Assembly (NCBI GenBank): GCA_002811645.1
Contig: PDIP01000108.1
Span: forward strand, 31,746 to 95,745
Length of the DNA: 64,000 nucleotides
Source of the DNA: Corallochytrium limacisporum Hawaii
Taxonomy: Eukaryota > Protista > Pluriformea
Direction of reading: 5' to 3'
Both the position numbers and the translations under genes were made by a program. The notes beneath the pieces were generated by a model, which saw nothing but the letters and a program-made list of their open reading frames with translations, searched no databases and was not told where the DNA came from. Positions 47,441 to 58,097 of the stretch are shown in pieces (the first letter of the stretch is position 1; the number at the start of each line of letters is the position of its first letter).

Positions 47441-48421
47441 ATGGTCTTCCACATCAAATACGCTGCACCAACTTTGGTGACCCTGGCAGCTATCAGCTGT
47501 GGAATGACCTCGATCCGCATGGCTCTTCAGGGGAGATTTGAGACCTCCATTTGGACACTATTTGCAGCGATGGTCTTCGACGGACTGGACGGACACGTTG
47601 CCCGGGCGTTGGGGGCAAGCACAAAGATAGGAGCGGAGCTCGACAGTTTGTGCGATTTGGTTGATTTCGGAGCGGCTCCGTCTCTTGTTATGTACAGTTG
47701 GGCATCCTTGAATGGCAGCCCGGACAACGTACCCGATGAATGGCTGTGGGCCAGCTGTGTTGTGTACATTTGCATGTGCGCAACGCGTCTGGCGCGCTTC
47801 AATGTTCTCAACAATGAGCACGCATACGGACAGGAGCAGGAGAAACTACGGGAGCAAGAGGAGGCAGCTCAAGGCCAGCGTGCCAAGCTTCGGTCTAGTG
47901 CACCTGCAAAGCCTCAACGGGGACGGCTGAATAAACAGAATGGGAAACATTCCAGTCAGATACAAGAGACCATAAGCTACGTCCGTACGTACATCCTGGT
48001 CAAGGAGCGCTTCTTTGAAGGCGTACCGGCACCTATGGCCTGCTGGCTTGCACTATTTCCCATGCTTTGGCGGTTTCAGTATGGTGAGAACTTTATGGGC
48101 TTGGATGCCCGGGTCATCACTGTCGGAACGAATCTGCTGGTCGCGGCCATGATGGTCACGCCCTTCCCAACTCTGAGCAGTAAGATGCTCATGCGCAATC
48201 CACAGACTGAGAGCCATCTTGTGAGCAGAACTTATATCACGGGATTCTTAAAGGTTGCTGTAGTTGCGGGCGTTGTTGCGTTTGCCTATGCAGAACCCTG
48301 GCTGTTTTGCGTCAGCCTTGAGCTCGGATATGTGGCATTGTTCCCACTAGGCATCTATGCGTACTACTTTGTCGCTCTACCGGAGGAACATACCAAACTG
48401 CTCAAGGCTAAGGTCAAGTGA
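47441..48421 (+). CDS. CDP-diacylglycerol--serine O-phosphatidyltransferase (PssA/Cho1 type)
   Basis: CDP-alcohol phosphotransferase motif DGLDGHVAR...GAELDSLCDLVDFG, RLARFN, FFEGVPAP, several TM segments. Confidence 0.88.
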   Translation: MVFHIKYAAPTLVTLAAISCGMTSIRMALQGRFETSIWTLFAAMVFDGLDGHVARALGASTKIGAELDSLCDLVDFGAAPSLVMYSWASLNGSPDNVPDEWLWASCVVYICMCATRLARFNVLNNEHAYGQEQEKLREQEEAAQGQRAKLRSSAPAKPQRGRLNKQNGKHSSQIQETISYVRTYILVKERFFEGVPAPMACWLALFPMLWRFQYGENFMGLDARVITVGTNLLVAAMMVTPFPTLSSKMLMRNPQTESHLVSRTYITGFLKVAVVAGVVAFAYAEPWLFCVSLELGYVALFPLGIYAYYFVALPEEHTKLLKAKVK

Positions 48422-48775
48422 AACACTTTCCTTAAAACAATCAAAACTGATTTCATCTGCATGATCTCAATAAATTCATCGAATCAGGATCCTGCCGTAC
48501 GGCCATCCATCTCCCCATCCATCTGTACTCTTGTACGTTCGGGTGAGCTCCGATGCTTCCCATCCCGCTCACCACGGCTGCCCTCTCCCATAAAACCCAA
48601 CTCGCCCCGCCCGATGCGCTGTCCTTTGGCTTTTCATCCTTCGCGTGTCCTAAATCTAATTTTGCGCATATACCAACCCGGCTTGATATCCTCCCTTCGG
48701 TCCGAGATTCCCTACCCCTCTTCCCCTCTTCCCTCCGCACGGGTTTACGGGGATTTTGGGGAGGGGGGGGAGAGG

Positions 48776-48809
48776 GGGAAGGGAAGGGAAGGGAAGGGAA
48801 GGGAAGGGA
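48776..48809. repeat. (GGGAA)n pentanucleotide repeat within a C-rich/G-rich/C-rich island
   Basis: Direct reading. Confidence 0.9.
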
Positions 48810-49113
48810 GGCGATTTTGTCCCCCCCCCCTCCCCTCTCTCCCCGCTGGTATTGGAGTACTTCTCCGCCGTACCACGGTCCGATGGACTGTGTTCCGTCA
48901 CGGTGCGTTCCGAGAGAATGCCAAGTGCGAACCCCCGCGGATGCGGCGTCTCCGGGGATCGCAGCAGTGAGGTACTTTGCGTAAAACGATGTGCCCTATA
49001 TTAGGTTCATATTCAAGCCTATCAAGACATTTGGATGGCTACGGTTAGCGTCTCTCTTCGAGCAATGTGCTTAGACTATAGATCCTGGGATAGATGACTC
49101 AACTTGGACCAAG

Positions 49114-50685
49114 ATGAGTGTTGCGTTGTCGATGCGCCGTGGTCTGGTCCTCGGCGCAATGGCTGCTGTCGTCTACGACTCAAGTGTCGGCGACAAGAAG
49201 ATTCCGCGCACCTGCCGGGTATACTACAATGGATTCAAGACATTGGTAGACTACAAATTCTTTTACGATCCGGAGAAGCTGCATGACATTCACCTGCGAA
49301 CGGCACAGCGCCTATACGACGTCTGTACCAAAAATGGAGGTCTGTACATTAAATTTGGACAAGCTGTGAGCAGCATGAACCACGTTTTACCGTTGGAATA
49401 TCGCAAGATCTTGCACGGCCTGCAGGATAAGGCGCCGTCTGTCCCCTATGAGGACGTGGAGAAGATATTTAGGGAAGAATTCAATGGCAAAACCCCAGGA
49501 GATTTGTTCGTTTCCTTCGAAAAAGAACCAATTGCCAGTGCTTCGATTGCGCAGGTTCACCGGGCAGTGACACGCGACGGCGAGCGTGTTGCAGTGAAGG
49601 TCCAGAAACCATACATCCGCCCGCAGTTTCCCTATGACATTTGGGGTTTCAAGGTTACGTGCAGTGTGCTCGAATGGGCTTTCGATCTCCCCATGGTTTG
49701 GATCACAAAGACAAGCGAATACCATCTACGCAAGGAGTGTGATTTCCGAAACGAAGCCGACTATGGTGAACGGGCGGCCAAGGATTTGCAGGAATTAGAC
49801 GCGAAGCGTTACTATGTGCCCAAGGTACGCCGAGATCTGAGCTCGTCGCGTATCCTGACTGCGGAATGGATCGACGGGGCCAAATTTACGGACCGCGAAG
49901 TGATCGAGGGCGATTATGGCTTTGATGTCGGTAAGATTACACAAGCGATGGTGGAATGCATTGCGTACCAGATCTTTGTCTGTGGCTTCACGCACGCAGA
50001 CCCACACCCAGGAAACCTGATAGTGCGACCTCAACCTGGCAATCCGCGCGACTTCCAGCTCGTCCTGATTGACCACGGGCTGTACGTAGAGAGTAGCGAG
50101 ACATTCCGTCGTGAGTACTGCGAGTTGTGGAAGGCAATTTTTGAGCTGGACTCTGCTGTCTATGGAAGGATTTGCGAGTCGTGGGGTGTGGCAGACAGTG
50201 ATCTTTTTGCCAGTCTCCAACTCATGCGTCCATTCACTCCGTCCAAGGGTGTCCACCAATCAAAGCCGACGAGGGCGGAAATGGCAGAAATGCAGATGAA
50301 GGCCAAGGAACGCATCAAACATCTCTTGGCAGATACTGAGAAGGTGCCCCGAGAGCTAGTTTTCGTGGGAAGGGCCATGAATTACGTTCGTGCGAACAAT
50401 AAGGACATGGGATCTCCAGTCAATCGCATTTCTGTTATGGTTAAGTATGCAGTCAAGGGTCTGAACAAGGATGGCAGTGTCACCATGGGCTGGATTCAGC
50501 GCGTCACTTTCAATCTGCGTCTGTTGGCCATCTCGGTGCTCTACCATGCCGCACAATTCTACCGCAGCGTGAACCATGTGGTCTTTGGCGTCGAGACGGG
50601 CGGCTATGAAGAGATGATCGACGCGGCCATGAAGAACTCGTTCGAGCGTGAATTTGGTGTGGAGATCGAAGAGGACATTGGTTAA
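49114..50685 (+). CDS. ABC1/UbiB atypical kinase (ADCK1/ADCK5-like)
   Basis: NGGLYIKFGQ, PIASASIAQVHRA, VAVKVQ, HADPHPGN, LIDHGLY. Confidence 0.92.
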   Translation: MSVALSMRRGLVLGAMAAVVYDSSVGDKKIPRTCRVYYNGFKTLVDYKFFYDPEKLHDIHLRTAQRLYDVCTKNGGLYIKFGQAVSSMNHVLPLEYRKILHGLQDKAPSVPYEDVEKIFREEFNGKTPGDLFVSFEKEPIASASIAQVHRAVTRDGERVAVKVQKPYIRPQFPYDIWGFKVTCSVLEWAFDLPMVWITKTSEYHLRKECDFRNEADYGERAAKDLQELDAKRYYVPKVRRDLSSSRILTAEWIDGAKFTDREVIEGDYGFDVGKITQAMVECIAYQIFVCGFTHADPHPGNLIVRPQPGNPRDFQLVLIDHGLYVESSETFRREYCELWKAIFELDSAVYGRICESWGVADSDLFASLQLMRPFTPSKGVHQSKPTRAEMAEMQMKAKERIKHLLADTEKVPRELVFVGRAMNYVRANNKDMGSPVNRISVMVKYAVKGLNKDGSVTMGWIQRVTFNLRLLAISVLYHAAQFYRSVNHVVFGVETGGYEEMIDAAMKNSFEREFGVEIEEDIG

Positions 50686-50786
50686 AGAAAGTGACAATGA
50701 TATAGATTTACAATGAGCAGTGGTCTCTGTATTTCAGACTATTTCTTTATATGTAAGTTTCTTCATAAGACTGAGCTTGATTTCGA

Positions 50787-52799
50787 CTAAGCGGCTTGTT
50801 GATGTCCTTGAGTCTTTGCCCATTCACGATGGAACGAGGTTCGAATGCGTGCGGCGCGATCACTGATGAACAGATTCTCAATATGCCAGTCGCTGCCACA
50901 CAATGAGGCTACAAAGTTGTCAATGTTCTTTTTAACAAAAGTATGTGTCATGCGCACCATGGGAGCTGTGCCATCAAACGCTTGTACGGCACCCACAGCG
51001 GCTTCCACCCTTTCAGTACCGCAACTGTTTTGCACCGATGTCATTACCTGTTCCCTGAGTAGGTCGTTTTCCATTACATTTCGAAGACAACTGGCATGGA
51101 AAAATCCTCGAAGGACATCGCTAGCTGTGGCATCCTCGGTGAACCAAACGGCCACCTGGGGCTTACTGACCTTGGTACGCCCTGGTACTGGGAGGACCAT
51201 GTCGATTGCGTACGGTTCGGGGTGGTTTAGGTTTGAGTTTGTGAGGATGCGCTCCAGGATTTCTGGCTGCACACCCCGACCGTAAGTTTCCTCCGTGTAC
51301 TTCAGCAGTCCAGGCTCTAATCGCAAATTGGACCTGCCAAACATGGACTTGTAAGCCCACACGAAGGTTTCCTGGTCTGCCACCTCACTGACGGTGGGCA
51401 TGGCGTTTCTTGCGATACGCTGCATCTGTTCGTTGTGCCCGTCATCGAGCAACCATTTGCAGAAGGCATCTGGCTCATGCCGGCTCCACTTAGCATGCTT
51501 TGCGCTGGTACCGTGCATTTCCCGCTTAATCTTGCTTTCCTGCTGCCTCGGGTGGGGTCCTTCACGGACGCAATTAAAGTATGTATCGAGGGCCCGCTCT
51601 GCCCTTTGCAAATTCAATGTGTTCATGCGGATGAGTTCGTTGGATCGATAGTTGCCATACACAGTCAGCAAGGCCAAAGGCACAAATGAAGCCATGACAT
51701 TTGGCGTTGCAGATCCAATCATTGGGCTCACGAGTACCCCCAAACCAGTTCCCAAAAGCGATGCTGCTATTGCCTGTGATGTGAACTTTGCAGTGATGTC
51801 ACCCAAGTTGTCCCGGAGTGCAAAGCTTTGATTCATCGGAGCCCTCGTGGCACTAGAAGCCAACCAACTGATGTTCTTCATGATATTACTAACACTGGCC
51901 ATGAAAAGAAACATGTTAGGGACCAAGGGAGTCAAAATCTCCAGCAAAGTGGCCAGCTGCAGCATGGTATTCGCCTGGAAACGGAGACGTTTGGGGTCAC
52001 TGTCAAAGCGATTGTTCATAAATGCAGCGTACAACACTCCTCCCAGTTGCCCCATGCCATCTTTGAATATCCAGTTCACCGCGGCCGCCATAGGCACTGC
52101 GCCTTTACCCATTCCCACCGCAAAGAGCAAAGCTTGAGTGCTCAACACCCCTGCCATCGTGCCAAATAGGACCTGTACAAACTGCCACTTGGCGTAGGGC
52201 AAGTAGTTGTTGGGCACGGACTGCGGGTAGCCCAATGGCAGGAACGTGACCCAGAAAGTACGCTCCGCCTGAATTATAGACCGAGCTGTCTTCGATTTTG
52301 GATGTCTCAGCAGCTTACCACCCCCCTCCATGGTTGGGTACCCCTGGAACCACATGAACAAGCGCTCCATATAGGATGGCACCTTTGCCACGTCTTGCTT
52401 CTCCTCCCGTACGCGCTCAAAGTCTAGGATTCGCTGGGCTGTCGGTATGGATCCAGCCTCCACTGAATTCGATGTGTTCTCCACCTTGCCCGTCTGTGCT
52501 GCACGGATGGTCATCCAAATGTCTTGTTGTCCCCGGTTCTGCTGGCGCGCCGTGAGACGAGAGCCAGCATCTTTGCTGAAGAACGACCACTGCAAGCTAC
52601 CGTGAGGGTTATTTGAGTACTTTGTTAAGCCCTCACTGAGTTGTTTTCCCAACGAGTTTGTCTCTTGGCTTTGGCGAAGCTGGCGCGCAGTACTCAACCA
52701 ATGACGTGTTTGTACAAGGGTTTTCCCCAGTGGGAGTCTGCGGGATCCCACTCTCGTCCGCAAGAAGCAGGGTGTCACCGCTCCGATCAAAAACCACAT
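50787..52799 (-). CDS. RUS1 family (DUF647) membrane protein
   Basis: FLPLGYPQSV..NYL.Y..WQ, GVLSTQALL, NWIFKDGMGQLG, FDSDPKR.R, NLGDITAK, TLNLQR. Confidence 0.88.
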   Translation of the reverse strand: MWFLIGAVTPCFLRTRVGSRRLPLGKTLVQTRHWLSTARQLRQSQETNSLGKQLSEGLTKYSNNPHGSLQWSFFSKDAGSRLTARQQNRGQQDIWMTIRAAQTGKVENTSNSVEAGSIPTAQRILDFERVREEKQDVAKVPSYMERLFMWFQGYPTMEGGGKLLRHPKSKTARSIIQAERTFWVTFLPLGYPQSVPNNYLPYAKWQFVQVLFGTMAGVLSTQALLFAVGMGKGAVPMAAAVNWIFKDGMGQLGGVLYAAFMNNRFDSDPKRLRFQANTMLQLATLLEILTPLVPNMFLFMASVSNIMKNISWLASSATRAPMNQSFALRDNLGDITAKFTSQAIAASLLGTGLGVLVSPMIGSATPNVMASFVPLALLTVYGNYRSNELIRMNTLNLQRAERALDTYFNCVREGPHPRQQESKIKREMHGTSAKHAKWSRHEPDAFCKWLLDDGHNEQMQRIARNAMPTVSEVADQETFVWAYKSMFGRSNLRLEPGLLKYTEETYGRGVQPEILERILTNSNLNHPEPYAIDMVLPVPGRTKVSKPQVAVWFTEDATASDVLRGFFHASCLRNVMENDLLREQVMTSVQNSCGTERVEAAVGAVQAFDGTAPMVRMTHTFVKKNIDNFVASLCGSDWHIENLFISDRAARIRTSFHREWAKTQGHQQAA

Positions 52800-53473
52800 T
52801 ATTCAATTTCAGATAGCACTAACATTGTCTACCAGAATAGTACAAGAGCCTGCATGTAGTCCAACATGGCACATGTATCACTTGCGTCTCACTCCAAAAC
52901 ACCCGGGTTGTGGGGACAGATCCTGGGGTAAATGTCTGCACATGTGCCAGGTACACGGTCAGTGTCAAAAACATAAACACGTCTGTCCGTCATTTACTAA
53001 ATTGTTTCCTGATATACCACTCCACGTTCGATCCTGTTCTTGTCAAGTCACCCGGTCTCATGCGAGAGGCCTCGGACCGTGACGTCAAGAGCCGAACCAT
53101 CCGCGCACACTCGGCCCCTCCCTGGTCAGCACCACCACCGCAGCCTCCACCTTCCCACCCGCCGAACCAGGGAATTGGCTCGCTCACCCGTCCTGTCTCT
53201 TACCCACAGTGGGCTCCGTCGCAGTACTTTCACTATTGAAATTCATTCCCGTATAGGTGGGCGGAGTCAATATTGAATAGTCCCAATATATAAACAAGTT
53301 TGACATATACATGAGGATTTATATACGAATGCTACAATGATTGAATGATGAATGGATGGAGGGATGGATGGTAAGATACTATGGATCGGACGAGACGAAG
53401 AATGTAAGAAATGTTGCGATGAATGGATGGACGAATCGATGATGGTAGTTGTGCTCAGGGATTCTACTTTCAC

Positions 53474-54451
53474 TTACCCTGTTGTGTTGACGTTACCGAG
53501 CACAATCTGCTTGTGCCACCAAATCATTGACTCAAGGAATATTATGGACCCGATAAGAATACAGAGGTGCCAAAGTTGGTGGCTCGCGAACAGAATGTCA
53601 AAGTGACCCGGTGACTTGCATTCAGGGAACTTAGAGTGCCAGAACCAGAATCCTACTCCGTAGAAGATGAACATGGCAATAAGCATGGCAATTAATTCCC
53701 CGTTGAATTGATTAAAGGGCGCCTCCTCGACCAGCCACACAATGAAGGGCAGGATGGTGGATGCGACGCTGCTGACGTATACGGGCTTCCGAACCTTATC
53801 AAAGAAAGGAGGGTCCCAGACGGTCAAGACGATGAGGATGGAAAATTGTATGGCGAAGAAGATAACAAAGAATCTCTGCCAGAAAGTGTAGTTATAGAAA
53901 CCGTAATAGACACCCAACAGGAAGAATGCCATGACATTGATCATAATGCCTGTGTAGTCCAGCTTCAAGAGATGGTAGTACTGCTCAGCCCCAGTACTCT
54001 TAAATAAGTGATATGTGGCACTGGATGCAAAGCAAATGATAGCCGCGAAAGCAGCAGCTGTATAGATCCATTTGTTTGTGGGTCCAATATGGCTATCGTG
54101 GTAGCCGCTGACCAGCAATCCGATTTGTATACCAAAGATAATGATGCCAAGAACATGACTCCACACATTCAAGGTTTCGTTGTGGATTCGAAACAGACTC
54201 TTCCAGCTTTCTTTGACGTTGTAGTTTGTCCGATACCCAGTGCGGATATATTCGTTATCCTTCAGCCATTCGTGAGTCTCGTCATATGTGGCCAAGAATG
54301 GATCCTTAGTATGACCCAATTTCGTGGGTTCAGGGCCTTTCTCTCCCTCAATCTTATCGGTCTTGCCGGACTCAAGATCAATGTCGCTAATGCGCTGTTC
54401 CCCTGAATCCACCGACGGAGACTGCGACAATGTTGATGGTGGTAGTGACAT
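53474..54451 (-). CDS. PAQR / adiponectin-receptor-like (haemolysin III) membrane protein
   Basis: WLKDNEYIRTGYR, HNETLNVWSH, SSATYH, LDYTGI, FPECKSPGHFD, SHQLWH; about 7 TM segments. Confidence 0.92.
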   Translation of the reverse strand: MSLPPSTLSQSPSVDSGEQRISDIDLESGKTDKIEGEKGPEPTKLGHTKDPFLATYDETHEWLKDNEYIRTGYRTNYNVKESWKSLFRIHNETLNVWSHVLGIIIFGIQIGLLVSGYHDSHIGPTNKWIYTAAAFAAIICFASSATYHLFKSTGAEQYYHLLKLDYTGIMINVMAFFLLGVYYGFYNYTFWQRFFVIFFAIQFSILIVLTVWDPPFFDKVRKPVYVSSVASTILPFIVWLVEEAPFNQFNGELIAMLIAMFIFYGVGFWFWHSKFPECKSPGHFDILFASHQLWHLCILIGSIIFLESMIWWHKQIVLGNVNTTG

Positions 54452-54757
54452 GACTATGTCTTCTATACATACCTACCCCCTGCTCCGATGTCTGTCAGCG
54501 CGCTTCAGCAAGTGATCGACACCGTTTCCACGGCTCAAGTACCCGTACACATTCTACTGCTAATCTTAGTGTCTGTGGCAGAAATATGCACGTCAGGGCC
54601 TACGATGATTAAGCAGACATCACAGATCGTGTGCGTTTCGAATTCTGTCCGGTCGCGAAGACCGGCAATGGTGCCAACCAAGCTGCACAAGAGACTTGGT
54701 GCTGAAACGCGCAAGAACCCACGGCGCTTTTTTCCTTCCCCCCCCCTTCCCGTTCCC

Positions 54758-55002
54758 NNNNNNNNNNNNNNNNNNNNNNNNNNNNNNNNNNNNNNNNNNN
54801 NNNNNNNNNNNNNNNNNNNNNNNNNNNNNNNNNNNNNNNNNNNNNNNNNNNNNNNNNNNNNNNNNNNNNNNNNNNNNNNNNNNNNNNNNNNNNNNNNNNN
54901 NNNNNNNNNNNNNNNNNNNNNNNNNNNNNNNNNNNNNNNNNNNNNNNNNNNNNNNNNNNNNNNNNNNNNNNNNNNNNNNNNNNNNNNNNNNNNNNNNNNN
55001 NN
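54758..55002. other. Assembly gap (N run)
   Basis: N run flanked by C-rich tracts. Confidence 0.99.
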
Positions 55003-56613
55003 CCCTCCCCACCCCCTTCCCTCTGCCCGGAGGGCGCCGCCGTAGTAGCAGTAGTACTTAGTACCCGCCAAGAGTAAACCGCATCCGTCCGCACTTCAAT
55101 GGCTCTGCCCCGTGGGTGGCGAACACGACCATTGGAGATGACCGCGACTCACGGGGACAGCTTGCTTTGCCCTGAGTTGCCCAACATTTTACTCTTTGTC
55201 CGTTTCCCCTTTTGAAGAATTTTTAGATATTGTTTGGACTACCGACGGTCCCGTTGCTTCCTGACGCGACAGGAGTTGTCAACTGATACAGAACGTACGA
55301 ACAATGTACCGAAGCGGTGGGCTGACTTTTGCAACCGTTGGGGGTTCCGCGACGAAGAAAAGAAAACGGGCCCATCTCTCTGGTCCACCGCCAATTTTCC
55401 TAGTCAATCTACCGGAGATCTTTGTTGCTTCCTGTTCCGACAGTACGGACCCCCTTAAATTCGGTTTTATACGCCCACACCGAACCCGTTCCAAACAATG
55501 GCTGCCAGTTAATTAGTTTTACACTAAACTGAACATCAAGAGTCAGACTGCAAGACATGGTCAACAATCCACAACATCTCTGCCACGCAGAAAGAGCACT
55601 TTGAAAAGCATCTCGGACCCCTTCGAAAGGCAAGACAACTCCAAACTGACTGTGATCGTAACCTGCCTATTCTGGAGGCAACTGGCCAAAGTTTCCATAA
55701 CAGGCAGCGGTCTGCACCGTGGTTGGGCCGAGGAATTTTCCAACCTACACCGCTCGCTCACCCAACGCTTCGCCTTTTAAATTCTTTGTACGCCATTCTT
55801 CTTTAGATTTTGCGGTTGGCCCTTATTTTCCCGGGAAACCTCGTAAGCGCGCACGCGAACACGCTCGCCCCCCCCCCCCGCTGCCCTTCCATTTTCAGCG
55901 ATGCTCTGAGAATTTGCGTGCGGAGGAGCGACAAGCATCTGCGCAGGAGTCAATGCTGAGCCGCCCAAGGATCAAATTGTGATGCTCACCAAGCTCACAC
56001 TTGCATGATCGTTGTTAAGTTTACATCTATGCTCTTGACGTAAATTGAAAGCGGTGCATGATGAACGATGGTCTCAGTGGAGTCCCGAAGAGCACCACCA
56101 CCAGGCTTACCCTGCCCGCATTGGTCGCACACCCACCTTACCAATTACCTGAAAGCCCTAATAAAACTTATTTCATTAATTGAATTAGCTGACTAGCGAT
56201 CCGTGTTTCTGCAGTAAGTAAGTAGAATCCCGGCCAATACATTCAGGAGGGGCACTAGGTCAAAGGCTGCGGCTCTTGGCCTTCGAGGTCGTCCACCTCT
56301 GTCACATGGGTCTTTGGGGGGACCCCGGTCCGGTTGTACGGTGGTAATATACTACGCAACGTGACAGAAACTCGCACTGGAGTGTGACCGTTTGCTTCTT
56401 CGATAAAAGGCGGCTATGCTTCTCCCTGTTTATTCGATAGCTTACCTTTCTGTTGGAGGACGTTCAATTGGATCATATGCTTGGCCTTTAGTGCATTCGC
56501 AAAGCAACACGTGGTATTTGGATCACCACTGACAAGTGACGAACTAGAGAACCCGAGTTCTATTCTGACTGTTGCAGTTTATTAAGTAAAAGGTCCCGAC
56601 GCCAAAAATAAAA

Positions 56614-56970
56614 ATGGACGAAATTATTGCCGCTGTGCAGTATAGCTGTGCAGACGAGTTGGCCAAGTTTCAGCAATGTGTTGAGGCCAGCAAGGATGAC
56701 TGGAATGAGAAGTGCGCTGTGCAGCAACAGAATCTAGCCGACTGCTCGAATCGGGTGGTGAAACCCCTGTTGGAGGTGCGCCAGCGCTGTAAAGACAAGT
56801 ACCAGGCCTACCTGACATGTGTGGAGAACTCGGGCAAGAGCATAGACGACATGAATGCGGCTGATCAGGATGTCTTTGAGAAGGTTTGCCCTAAGGAGTT
56901 GGAAGCTTTCCGGACCTGTGCCGACGGCGTGCTTAAGGAGTTCGAAATGGCTCGGGAACAGACCAAGTAA
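56614..56970 (+). CDS. Mitochondrial intermembrane-space double twin-CX9C protein (CHCHD5/Mix14-like)
   Basis: Four CX9C motifs: CADELAKFQQC, CAVQQQNLADC, CKDKYQAYLTC, CPKELEAFRTC; AAAATGG start. Confidence 0.85.
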   Translation: MDEIIAAVQYSCADELAKFQQCVEASKDDWNEKCAVQQQNLADCSNRVVKPLLEVRQRCKDKYQAYLTCVENSGKSIDDMNAADQDVFEKVCPKELEAFRTCADGVLKEFEMAREQTK

Positions 56971-58048
56971 GGGACATCAAGCAGGTTGTCGAAACACATC
57001 GTTGCACAAGCATATGGCATGTACATTATCGCATCGCGTTAAAATCAAGAAAAGTTGATAAAGAACATATACAAACTACCAAATTCCATCGTCAAGCTGA
57101 CAACCGTGCACAAACCGTAAGAATCACACCATTTGCTTTGCCTCGTTCCGCCATCGGCGGCTTGGAGAGTCCCATACCAACCAACTGTCACCCAAAGCAA
57201 GAGATGGAAGATGTTGGACTCACCAGAGGCCAGCCCGTGATTCCCAGGCAAATCGTCATCGCCGATGGCACAGATCCGGAGCGCAAACGAGTTTTTCTTT
57301 CTTCGCTAACCCCATTTTAATATACGTCCCTGCCCTAACTTTCACTAAAAATTCCCCCGGGAGCGAGAGCGACATCGGTGCCGGTCGTCTTAGTTCAAAA
57401 TATTACACAGTCCAGTGACCCAAGCGCAACAATTCCTCCCCCCCCCCCAACACACACAGAGACACACACACACAAAACTGCGTGAAGAGCAAATTGGCGG
57501 CGTATACGCAATTACGTAGGTTCATGACTGGATATTCGCGGACACACTTATAATACATACCTCCACCACACAACAAAGGGTTTGCCCATGGCACCAGAAA
57601 TAGTCAGAAAATTCCTCCACGCAGCACAAGAAAAACTTTCCGCACGGAGGAAATAGGGGAAGGGCAGGCAGGGAGGCAGGCAGCCCCTGCAACCCTCAAC
57701 CGACGGATCCCCCCTTTCCTTCCCCGAAAATTCTTTTCACTTCCGTCTCGATCCGCGGTGTCACCATTGCTGCATTAATTAGGAACATTAGATACTGAAG
57801 TTGTAATGAGGAAGACCTGGGGACGTATCAGATACGCCCATCCTTAGACGGGATCAGGAGGTCCAGGAAAATTCAGTGTACTTTCTATAGCGATCCGAAG
57901 CTGGGAGGGAAGGGGTGGGGGTCCACGGGTGACGAAAGAGAGCGGGACAGGCCAGCCAGTAAGGAAAGGGGGGATTCGGTTTTGGGCTACACACCAACAC
58001 ACACCGGGCGGAAAACAATTGGTAACAAATCAAAAGGGAGAGAGAGAG

Positions 58049-58097
58049 ACAGGGACAGGGACAGGAATAAAAGGGACAGGGACAGGGACAGGGACAG
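58049..58097. repeat. (GGGACA)n hexanucleotide repeat
   Basis: Direct reading; interrupted once. Confidence 0.85.

Noticed and set aside
56058-56152. C/D-box snoRNA-like pairs (also near 10037-10098 and 42407-42436)
   Set aside because: Boxes present, but no convincing terminal stem or recognisable rRNA complementarity of 10 nt or more; needs snoScan
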